DNA from: Candidatus Liptonbacteria bacterium
GTDB lineage: Bacteria > Patescibacteriota > Minisyncoccia > UBA6257 > 2-01-FULL-56-20
Direction: 5' to 3'
Assembly: GCA_023244895.1 (NCBI GenBank)
Contig: JAHFLL010000001.1
Location: forward strand, 335,702-399,701
Length of the DNA: 64,000 nucleotides
Below the pieces are notes generated by a model, which worked only from the letters and a program-made list of their open reading frames with translations, searched no databases and had not been told where the DNA came from. Shown here piece by piece: positions 56,686 to 64,000 of this stretch. Every line of letters starts with the position of its first letter. Position 1 is the stretch's first letter. Position numbers and translations under genes: made by a program.

Positions 56686-57438
56686 TTACATACCGAACAC
56701 TTTCCTTAAAATCAAAGCACTTATTATATTTCCTGCTACAACTACTACAAGGGCCACTCCGACGTACCAAAAAAATTTAACCCAGAAGGTTTCCTGTGGC
56801 ACAAGCTGGCCAGACACAGATTTAAAATTACTTGATTCCCCTATGTTTCCGGTGAAGTTTTCAATATGTTGAATTTGATATCTTGGTTTTACTTCTTTCG
56901 CATCTGCAACATCTTTAGCCGAGAACTCAGAAGGTTCATCCGGAACCCCGGCTTTCTTTAGATTTATGCTCCAATCTAGAATGATATTTCTGACGTGCTC
57001 GATAATACCTACCACCGCCGCTCTATCTATGGATAGTTGAATATCTATGTCGTACCTGATGCTTTTCCTCAATTGAGCCTCAACATCTGGAGGATACTTA
57101 ACAGCGAGAGAGCCTTTGTCGCTTTTCAAAATTTCTTCAAGCTGACCCACGGACTGACCGATTCCCCTGCTCGAAATAATTTCCTGACTTTTAGGGTCGT
57201 TGTTAAAATATGGTATCCATCCCCTATATGGATTATGTCCTTGGGGTATTCCCTTTATCACACGATACTCGGGAACTTTATCGTCTTTTGAGTATCCATT
57301 TAGCTCCTTATCTAGCCAGCTAATGAAATCATTCTGATTTAAGTTTGAAGCAACGATTTTTGCCTCCCTGAGCAATGTTGACACCTTTACATCACTATCG
57401 TTCGCCATCCTTTGTATCTCTATGATATTAGGTTTCAT
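56686..57438 (-). CDS. AbiTii-like abortive-infection-type protein with a C-terminal TM anchor (tentative)
   Basis: N-terminal LLREAKIVASNLNQNDFISWLDKELNGY...VPEYRVIKG resembles the AbiTii domain signature as recalled; C-terminal hydrophobic helix. Confidence 0.35.
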   Translation of the reverse strand: MKPNIIEIQRMANDSDVKVSTLLREAKIVASNLNQNDFISWLDKELNGYSKDDKVPEYRVIKGIPQGHNPYRGWIPYFNNDPKSQEIISSRGIGQSVGQLEEILKSDKGSLAVKYPPDVEAQLRKSIRYDIDIQLSIDRAAVVGIIEHVRNIILDWSINLKKAGVPDEPSEFSAKDVADAKEVKPRYQIQHIENFTGNIGESSNFKSVSGQLVPQETFWVKFFWYVGVALVVVVAGNIISALILRKVFGM

Positions 57439-57579
57439 AAAATATTTTCCAAACTAGACATCTCATTGAGAGCGACTAGATATTTAAGTCAATTAAAATC
57501 CTACTCCTTCCGTATGGATTGACAAGGGGCCGAAAACTACCTACTACTCACTACCTACTTTCCCCTGTATAATACCCCG

Positions 57580-58344
57580 GTGTTTAATTTCAAATCAGCC
57601 GAGCAATTCAAGGAAGAGTGCGGATACGACATAGACGGAGTTTGGTACCCGCGCGTGACTAAAATCGTTTCCATCAAATCCAAACCCGCGCTTTTCAATT
57701 TCTACGCGGAGATGAAGAGCGTGAAGGCGGGCCAGGCGGTTTCGGAACAGTCCGCCCAGGAAGGAACTATGATTCATACCGCCGTGGAGGCGCTTCTTTT
57801 GGGCCAGATAGACGTAGAGATACCCGACATAATCCGCCCGGCGGTGGAAGGATTTATTAAGTTTAGCGAAAAGAACCATATTGAAACCGAGCACGACTTC
57901 GTAGAACGCAGAATTATAAGCTACGAGCACCGCTATGCCGGAACGGTGGATGCTATCGCCAAAATCGGCGGGAAGCGCGGCGTGCTGGACATCAAAACTT
58001 CCCAGGCAATCTACCGGGATTACAACCTCCAAACTGCCGCCTACTTCGCCTCGCTCAAAGACAGTTTTGAAGATTTGGAAACACGCTGGATTTTGCGCAT
58101 TGACCAGAACCAATTCTGCACTCGTTGCGGCTCCAAGCGCCGGGTAAAAGGCGGGCGCGAAAAGATAAAACCGAACGGTCATATGAGTTGTCCGCCCAAA
58201 GAACACGCCTGGTCCGAAATAAAAGCAGAAATAGAAATAAAAGAATTCCCCTCCTGGCAATCCGACTTTGAAGCCTTCCTCGCTGCCAAGCGCCTCTGGG
58301 AATGGGAGAATGAGTATTGGCTAAAACAAATCGGCTACCTTTAA
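57580..58344 (+). CDS. PD-(D/E)XK family nuclease (RecB/YqaJ-like) with a C-terminal zinc ribbon
   Basis: GTVDAIAKIGGKRGVLDIKTS (D..DxK), CTRCGS...CPPKEH; GTG start 6 nt after TGTATAAT. Confidence 0.55.
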   Translation: MFNFKSAEQFKEECGYDIDGVWYPRVTKIVSIKSKPALFNFYAEMKSVKAGQAVSEQSAQEGTMIHTAVEALLLGQIDVEIPDIIRPAVEGFIKFSEKNHIETEHDFVERRIISYEHRYAGTVDAIAKIGGKRGVLDIKTSQAIYRDYNLQTAAYFASLKDSFEDLETRWILRIDQNQFCTRCGSKRRVKGGREKIKPNGHMSCPPKEHAWSEIKAEIEIKEFPSWQSDFEAFLAAKRLWEWENEYWLKQIGYL

Positions 58345-58379
58345 CTAGGGTTTAGTTATTAGTCTTTAGGACCTAGCCA

Positions 58380-58415
58380 CTCCACGATAATTAACGATCG
58401 TTAATTATCGTGGAG
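58380..58415. repeat. 36-bp perfect palindromic element, copy 2 (CTCCACGATAATTAACGATCGTTAATTATCGTGGAG)
   Basis: Read directly, 36 nt after the stop of the PD-(D/E)XK gene; same flanks as copy 1 (CCA..TT). Confidence 0.7.
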
Positions 58416-58650
58416 TTAATGAGGGAACAAAGGGGAAGGGACAGAGCGTCGCCTTGTTCTACCTATTGCCATTTGCTTTTCGCCTACTGATTACATTCGC
58501 TGCACTTCTCTATAATGATTGGGCTTCGGCTTGAGCTCTGACTATATAAATATCCGGAGCCAAAGCTTAGAACGGCCACCAGGAACAAAATAAGACCCCA
58601 AAATAGCTCTTTTTCGTGCCCTCGGCGCCACTCCCCCGCCTCTTGCCAGA

Positions 58651-58679
58651 TTGACATTAGCCCAATTATAGCATAGAAT
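58651..58679 (+). promoter_or_regulatory. rpmA promoter TTGACA-17-TAGAAT
   Basis: Read directly. Confidence 0.5.
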
Positions 58680-58746
58680 ATAACCCGTCTAGGAATGGCG
58701 TCCCGACTATTTTGCGGACAAATTCCTAATACTCACTAAGAAAAAT

Positions 58747-59022
58747 ATGGCACATACTAAATCCGGTGGATCAACTAAGTTAGGCAGAGAATCCAGGGCC
58801 AAGCGCCTAGGCGTTAAGGTTCAGGACGGCCAACCGATAAAAATCGGTCAGATTATCATTCGTCAGCGTGGAACCCATTATGTTCCCGGCAAGAATGTAG
58901 GCCAGGGAGAAGATGACACGCTTTTTGCCCTTAAAGACGGCGTGGTGCGTTTTTCCGAAATAACCAAGAAGAACTTCAATCGCACTACTCGCAAGGCAAC
59001 CGTGGTAACAGTGGCTGTATAA
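58747..59022 (+). CDS. rpmA: 50S ribosomal protein L27
   Basis: [24 protein letters not shown]. Confidence 0.95.
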   Translation: MAHTKSGGSTKLGRESRAKRLGVKVQDGQPIKIGQIIIRQRGTHYVPGKNVGQGEDDTLFALKDGVVRFSEITKKNFNRTTRKATVVTVAV

Positions 59023-59044
59023 CAATTAACTTGCATTGAAACTA

Positions 59045-59074
59045 AAACGCCCCGAGAAGGGGCGTTTTAGTTTT
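59045..59074. terminator. Bidirectional rho-independent terminator (AACGCCCC-gagaa-GGGGCGTT + TTTAGTTTT) between the convergent rpmA and rplI
   Basis: Read directly. Confidence 0.7.
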
Positions 59075-59087
59075 AGCGCAAAGACAA

Positions 59088-59540
59088 CTATTTCTGCTGG
59101 GGAGACACTACAACCTTTAATTTAGAAGTTATGTCGTGCCCCAAATCAACTTCCAGTTCTGTTTCCCCAAATTCCTTAATCGGCCGTTCTAAATGTATCT
59201 CCGCCCTTTCTTTCCCCAGCCAACCCTTATCGCGCAAGGCGGTCAAAATCATTTCTTTGTTTACCGACCCGAATATGGAATTGTGTTTATCCGTTTTGAG
59301 CTTAAATTCCAGCTTGCGATCCTTGAGTAATAGTGCTATTTCGTGCAGCTTCTTTATTAGTGCTATTTCGTGCTCAGTCTGCTTTTCTTGGATTTGTTTA
59401 ACCTCTGCCACAACGCCTTGGGTGGCGAGCTTTGCAACACCCTTGGGAATCAAAAAGTTGCGGGCGTGCCCCTCAGAAACGTCTTTAAGCTCTCCTTTCT
59501 TGCCCATGCCCCGCACGTCTTTTAATAAGATAATCTTCAT
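59088..59540 (-). CDS. rplI: 50S ribosomal protein L9
   Basis: [34 protein letters not shown]. Confidence 0.9.
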   Translation of the reverse strand: MKIILLKDVRGMGKKGELKDVSEGHARNFLIPKGVAKLATQGVVAEVKQIQEKQTEHEIALIKKLHEIALLLKDRKLEFKLKTDKHNSIFGSVNKEMILTALRDKGWLGKERAEIHLERPIKEFGETELEVDLGHDITSKLKVVVSPQQK

Positions 59541-59548
59541 CGGATTAA

Positions 59549-60751
59549 TTATTTTTTATTAATCTCTTCCTTCGCTATCTCTAGGGCCTTTTCCAGTTGT
59601 GGGTCTTTCTTGTTCTCAATGTCTTTATCTGTCATTTCAATTTTTACATCCGGCTCTAATCCGCCGTCATCCAGAATTTTACCGCTGGGCATAACCCAGT
59701 GAGCGATGGTTATCTTCATGGAAGACTCGTCGTGTAGGTTAACCAGCTCCTGAACCGTGCCTTTGCCGAAACTCTTTTCGCCTACCAGTTTTATCTTGCG
59801 TATGTCGCGCAAAGCGCCGGCCAAAATCTCAGAAGCGGAAGCAGAACCCTGATTAATCAGAACCACCACCGGAATATCAAGTAATGCGGCATTACCTCGG
59901 GCGTACAACTTCTCGGATTCGCCGGTCCTGCCCTCCTCGCTGACCACCAATGTCCCTTTGGGCACAAACCAACCCGCTAAGTCCACTGCCACCTGTAGAT
60001 ATCCGCCGGGATTATTTCTTAAATCCAAAACTATCGCCTGAGCGCCCTGTTTGGACGCCCCTAATATCGCTTCATAAAACAAGCTGGAAGCGTTGGCGTT
60101 AAAACTATACAGCTCGATATAAGCGGTTTTGTCGCGCATCTCCCAATCTAGGGTTGGCACCTCTATGGTATCTCGTGTTATTTCAATATCTTTAGGCTTA
60201 TCCCAGGATTCGCGAAACATTTTTAGCGTTACCTTGGTGCCCTTCTCTCCGCGTATCCAATTCACGGCCTGGTCTATGGAAACGCCTTCAGTGGAAGAAG
60301 AATTCACTTCTACGATATAATCACCCGCTATTAAACCCGCCTTCATGGCGGGAGTATTTTTAAGCGGGGCGATAACCACCAGTCTTTCTTTGCGAATGCC
60401 GAGTTCCGCGCCTATGCCTCCGAAATTGCCCTGCACGTCCTCCTCGAACTTTTTAGATTCTTGAGGAGAGAAAAACTGGGAGTAGGGATCCCCCAGAGAA
60501 GCAACCAGGCCCCGGGTTGCGCCATACATTTTGTCTTCGGACGAGACCTTGTCGTTTTTGAGATACTTGTCGTTTACCGCCTGCCACGCCTCCCAGAAAG
60601 TGCTAAAATCGGCCGGTACCTTGGAGTCGGTACGGTTAATCGCGTCCTTTATGACGATTTCCTGTGGAAAAGCCTGCCCAATTCTAAAACCAAGACCCAG
60701 AGCAACCAGGAAAAGTATTATAGTGGAAACGATTAATAGTATTTTACGCAT
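59549..60751 (-). CDS. ctp: Carboxyl-terminal processing protease (S41 family)
   Basis: PDZ domain plus [11 protein letters not shown] and [12 protein letters not shown]41 motifs. Confidence 0.85.
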   Translation of the reverse strand: MRKILLIVSTIILFLVALGLGFRIGQAFPQEIVIKDAINRTDSKVPADFSTFWEAWQAVNDKYLKNDKVSSEDKMYGATRGLVASLGDPYSQFFSPQESKKFEEDVQGNFGGIGAELGIRKERLVVIAPLKNTPAMKAGLIAGDYIVEVNSSSTEGVSIDQAVNWIRGEKGTKVTLKMFRESWDKPKDIEITRDTIEVPTLDWEMRDKTAYIELYSFNANASSLFYEAILGASKQGAQAIVLDLRNNPGGYLQVAVDLAGWFVPKGTLVVSEEGRTGESEKLYARGNAALLDIPVVVLINQGSASASEILAGALRDIRKIKLVGEKSFGKGTVQELVNLHDESSMKITIAHWVMPSGKILDDGGLEPDVKIEMTDKDIENKKDPQLEKALEIAKEEINKK

Positions 60752-60841
60752 TTATATACAGTAGACTAATTTTATACTGAAACAGGCTTTAAAACAATCT
60801 GTTTCTTGCCGATTTGGCCAATAATCGCTTAGAATAAGTCT

Positions 60842-61102
60842 GTGCCCAATGCTAAGGAATATTTGAAGGAGCTCGCCCGGCGCAAGAAGGAATCTCACGT
60901 CTATCAGAAGCATCAGCTGGACGGCCTGGAAATATCCCAAATTCTGGAAGACGAGAAGCATAAGGCGCTTTATATAAAACTAGCCAAGGAGTACGACGCG
61001 GGAGAATTGCGCCAACTAGCTCAAAGCGTGGCGGAGAAAAAAGACGTGCGCAATAAGGGAGCATATTTTATGTCTTGCTTAAACGAAATAAGAAAAAAAT
61101 AA
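60842..61102 (+). CDS. Hypothetical small basic protein upstream of def (GTG start)
   Basis: ORF with a TTGCCG-18-TAGAAT promoter-like element upstream. Confidence 0.35.
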   Translation: MPNAKEYLKELARRKKESHVYQKHQLDGLEISQILEDEKHKALYIKLAKEYDAGELRQLAQSVAEKKDVRNKGAYFMSCLNEIRKK

Positions 61103-61636
61103 ATGGAAGCCAAACCGATTGTAACCATAACCTTAGATAGAGACGAGAAGTTTCTGCGTAAAAAAGCGGTGCCGTTTGAGATAAAGAACGGTAAATTCAC
61201 ACACGGAGAAAAAACATTCACCCGCGCGGAAATCACCCAACTGCTTATGGAAATGAAGAAGTCCATGCGCGCGGCACATGGCGTAGGTCTCTCTGCTAAC
61301 CAAATCGGTTTGACCTACAAGCTGTTTGTGGCAGAAGTGCCGGACAGCCAGGGTCAAAATAAATTCTACGCCATCTTCAATCCCGAATTGGAACCAAATG
61401 GCTCAGATAAGGAGAAGGCGGAAGAAGGATGCTTAAGCGTGCCTTCTCTCTGGGGCGAGGTGAACCGCTACGAGCGAGTGATTCTGCGCGGTTACGACAA
61501 GAATGCCAAGCCGGTCAAAATAAAGGCTTGGGCCCTTTTGGCCAGAGTCTTTCAGCACGAAACCGATCACTTGAATGGAACCCTCTTCATAGATAAGGCC
61601 AAGAGCCTGCACGGTCCGGAAGATACAGCCGCTTAA
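61103..61636 (+). CDS. def: Peptide deformylase
   Basis: GVGLSANQIG, EGCLSVP, HETDHLNG motifs. Confidence 0.9.
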   Translation: MEAKPIVTITLDRDEKFLRKKAVPFEIKNGKFTHGEKTFTRAEITQLLMEMKKSMRAAHGVGLSANQIGLTYKLFVAEVPDSQGQNKFYAIFNPELEPNGSDKEKAEEGCLSVPSLWGEVNRYERVILRGYDKNAKPVKIKAWALLARVFQHETDHLNGTLFIDKAKSLHGPEDTAA

Positions 61637-61638
61637 GA

Positions 61639-62502
61639 ATGAAATATATATTTTTCGGTACCCCTAGTTTCGCCGCTCATATTTTAGACACCCTTTGCGC
61701 GGCCGGCTTGCCGCCTGTTGCGGTAGTCTGTAATCCAGACAGACCGACTGGCCGTAAAAAGATAATCACTGCTCCGCCCGTAAAAGAAGTTGCGCTAAAA
61801 TATGGCGTCAAATTGCTTCAGCCGGAGAAACCGGATGATATTATTCCAGAACTGAAGGCCCTGGCGCCTGATTTTTTTGTAGTAGCCGCTTACAGCCAAC
61901 TCCTTAAGCCGGGCGTGCTTGGTATACCGCCCCAGGGCACAATCGGCGTTCATCCTTCCCTTTTACCGAAACTCCGGGGCGCGTCTCCTATCCAATCCGC
62001 TATCCTACGAGGCGACCCAGAAACCGGCTTGTCGCTCTATATGATAGACGAGAAAATGGACCACGGCCCGATTTTGGCGCAAGAGAAAATGAAGATTGGA
62101 GATTTATATTATCCTGAACTGCAAGATAAGCTCGCGGCACTAGCCGGAAATATGTTGGTTAAAGTTCTGCCGTCTTTCACGTCCGGCGAGACGACTCCCA
62201 AAACTCAAAACCACGAACTGGCGACACTCACAATTAAATTTGAACGAGAAGACGGATTTATTGACCCGATTTTGCTTAAAACCGCGCTCTCCGGAGAAAG
62301 CTGGGAGGCGGCCCAAGAAACCGAGAAAAAAATTAGAGCGCTAAACCCGGAACCCGGAACCTGGACTTTCGGCAAAGCTTTTACCAACTTAAAGATTGAA
62401 CCCGAAAAAGAAGTGAAAATAATTAAAGCCAAGCTGGATGACGGCAAGCTGGTCCCGGAGATTATTCAAATCGCCGGCAAAACCCCACAGACTTATTCTT
62501 AG
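61639..62502 (+). CDS. fmt: Methionyl-tRNA formyltransferase
   Basis: FFGTPSFAAHIL N-terminal motif, HPSLLPKLRG, C-terminal domain. Confidence 0.9.
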   Translation: MKYIFFGTPSFAAHILDTLCAAGLPPVAVVCNPDRPTGRKKIITAPPVKEVALKYGVKLLQPEKPDDIIPELKALAPDFFVVAAYSQLLKPGVLGIPPQGTIGVHPSLLPKLRGASPIQSAILRGDPETGLSLYMIDEKMDHGPILAQEKMKIGDLYYPELQDKLAALAGNMLVKVLPSFTSGETTPKTQNHELATLTIKFEREDGFIDPILLKTALSGESWEAAQETEKKIRALNPEPGTWTFGKAFTNLKIEPEKEVKIIKAKLDDGKLVPEIIQIAGKTPQTYS

Positions 62503-62505
62503 AAC

Positions 62506-63771
62506 TTAGTTCAAGCTGCTTTTGCGACGCAGCTTGCGGTGATAGCTTATCGCGAAACGGTGCGCCTCGTCTCGTACGCGAATTAGTGTTTCCAGGTCGG
62601 TCCAATCCGGTATTTCGCCCACGATATCGTTTCTCTTGCGTTCCGGTCCCTTTGTGATACCTACGATAGGTATTCTCTTGCCAACTCTTAGCATTATTTT
62701 ACGGACTGCGCCCACCTGCCCCACTCCTCCATCCACCATTATTAGGTCTGGCAAGGGCCAATTCGCCCCGACCGTAGCGTCGGAGCTGCCACCGCCCCCC
62801 GCATGCTTAAATCTACGACCTAGAACCTCCTCCAACATCCCCGTGTCGTCCGATCCGACCACCGTCTTTATCTTAAACTTCCGATACTGCGACTTGTTTG
62901 GTCTATCACCTTCAAAAACCACCATAGAACCCACCGCGGACGTCCCGCTGATATTTGAAATATCATAACCCTCAATCCTTTTACCACCCCGAAGGCTTTG
63001 TCCTGGTAACAGTAAGCTGTCTTTGGATATCAAAACGGAATCTTGAATGTGTTTGAGCGCAAAGATCTTCTTACGGGCCGCCTCCGCCAACTCAAACTCC
63101 TCCCTCTTGGAAGCATTCTTCATTTCTCTATTGAGCCAGCGTAGAAGTTCGCTATGTTTCCCCCGCAAGAACATTTTTAAACCCCTAATATTCCTAAGAT
63201 AATCCGCCCGAGAGATGCTCCCTACGCAAACTCCGGGGCACAGGCCTATTTCCGCGTCCAGACAGGGTCGCTTGAATTTGCCCACTTTTTCGGGCTCATG
63301 TTGGTGGTAGGGAAATATCCTTCTCAATATTTTGAGGGCCTGCCGGGCGCTTTGCGCAGAAGTGAATGGTCCAAATCTTTCCCCCGCAGCCTTTTCCGTG
63401 CCACGCTTCAAGAGAACTCGGGGGTATTTCTCCTTAGTGAACTCCGCGTACAAGAAACTCCGGTCGTCTTTTTCTTTAATATTAAATTCCGGCTCTAATT
63501 TTTTTATCAATTGAGCTTCCAGAATTAACGCCCCTATTGCCGTCTCTGTTTTTTTGTAATCAATCTTCCTTATTTCCTCAACTAATTTTTCTAGGCGCGT
63601 GTCGTGAGGTCGCAAAAAATAGCTGGAGACTCTGCGCCTTAGGTTAATCGCTTTACCGACATAAATCACGCGATTCTTGGAATCGCGCATCAAATACACC
63701 CCCGGACTTTCCGGCAAATTTCGATAAAACCTATCTGTCTGGTTATTCTTCATCAATCCCCCCGCCAACAA
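62506..63771 (-). CDS. uvrC: Excinuclease ABC subunit C (short form lacking the C-terminal HhH2 domain)
   Basis: GIY-YIG N-terminus (GVYLMRDSKNRVIYVGKA) and RNase-H-like C-domain (EGYDISNISGTSAVGSMVVFEG...RDEAHRFAI). 421 aa, versus about 600 for the typical protein. Confidence 0.75.
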   Translation of the reverse strand: MLAGGLMKNNQTDRFYRNLPESPGVYLMRDSKNRVIYVGKAINLRRRVSSYFLRPHDTRLEKLVEEIRKIDYKKTETAIGALILEAQLIKKLEPEFNIKEKDDRSFLYAEFTKEKYPRVLLKRGTEKAAGERFGPFTSAQSARQALKILRRIFPYHQHEPEKVGKFKRPCLDAEIGLCPGVCVGSISRADYLRNIRGLKMFLRGKHSELLRWLNREMKNASKREEFELAEAARKKIFALKHIQDSVLISKDSLLLPGQSLRGGKRIEGYDISNISGTSAVGSMVVFEGDRPNKSQYRKFKIKTVVGSDDTGMLEEVLGRRFKHAGGGGSSDATVGANWPLPDLIMVDGGVGQVGAVRKIMLRVGKRIPIVGITKGPERKRNDIVGEIPDWTDLETLIRVRDEAHRFAISYHRKLRRKSSLN

Positions 63772-64000
63772 GTAAACGTATCGCTAGACGACCGATGTCG
63801 GGCAAATCCGCACCTTCAATATCCTCTACCATGTCGTCCAGATTTTTAGAATCGCTGGATCCCTCAAAGTAGACGTGGTTATCTTTAACGTGAGCGAGCC
63901 TGTGCGCCTCAACATTGTAGACCTCGTCGTGCGTGAAGTAACCCAACTTCTTGCCGTCCTCGCTGAAAACATATTTACTTCCCTCAATCCAGCCGACCTT
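63743..64000 (-). CDS. 3' end of an unidentified minus-strand gene that continues beyond the window
   Basis: The frame is open to position 64000; no domain recognised. Confidence 0.3.
   Translation of the reverse strand, partial: KVGWIEGSKYVFSEDGKKLGYFTHDEVYNVEAHRLAHVKDNHVYFEGSSDSKNLDDMVEDIEGADLPDIGRLAIRLLVGGGIDEE

Noticed and set aside
1-64000. Whole-window explanation of the GC-rich patches as simple contamination or a chimeric contig
   Set aside because: Seven separate short patches are each neatly bounded by terminators and RBS-preceded starts. One has its junction inside recR in frame. Another is driven by a host-type consensus promoter. These would be unusual for random mis-assembly. 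This cannot be excluded without read data, so it is kept as a caveat.

Overview
Most of this window is low-GC, gene-dense DNA of a small-genome bacterium. The overall gene set suggests a Patescibacteria (CPR)-like organism: split ComEC, short UvrC and HrcA, several T4SS coupling-protein-like ATPases, many leaderless-type promoters.

Housekeeping genes are read with good confidence. They include hrcA-grpE-dnaK-(membrane ORF)-dnaJ, dnaB, recR, cysS, ychF, secD/secF, prmC, trmD, ftsW-murG, gltX, murC, rpmA, rplI, ctp, def-fmt, uvrC, tsaC, pgeF, a P-type ATPase, and one tRNA-Lys(UUU). No rRNA, CRISPR array, transposase or integrase was seen.

The unusual feature is a set of abrupt GC-rich cassettes embedded in the AT-rich backbone, each with its own ribosome-binding sites and terminators:
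- about 2600-3060
- about 13600-16850, the largest; it carries two tandem GCS2/YbdK-like carboxylate-amine ligases plus small upstream ORFs and sits next to a host-type class-II glutamine amidotransferase
- about 17740-18120
- about 20650-21300; the GC shift falls inside the conserved recR 3' end
- about 30390-30850 and 31060-31730, flanking tRNA-Lys on both sides
- about 54660-55740

Other notable regions are:
- a tandem pair of TraD/VirD4-like ATPases with membrane proteins next to comEC
- a defence-like cluster (APH-type kinase, AbiTii-like, PD-(D/E)XK nuclease)
- a duplicated Cys-rich zinc-ribbon protein family
- a 36-bp palindromic element present twice
- a highly structured non-coding segment at about 13190-13400

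All calls are from reading the sequence by eye and from motif recall; no searches were run.
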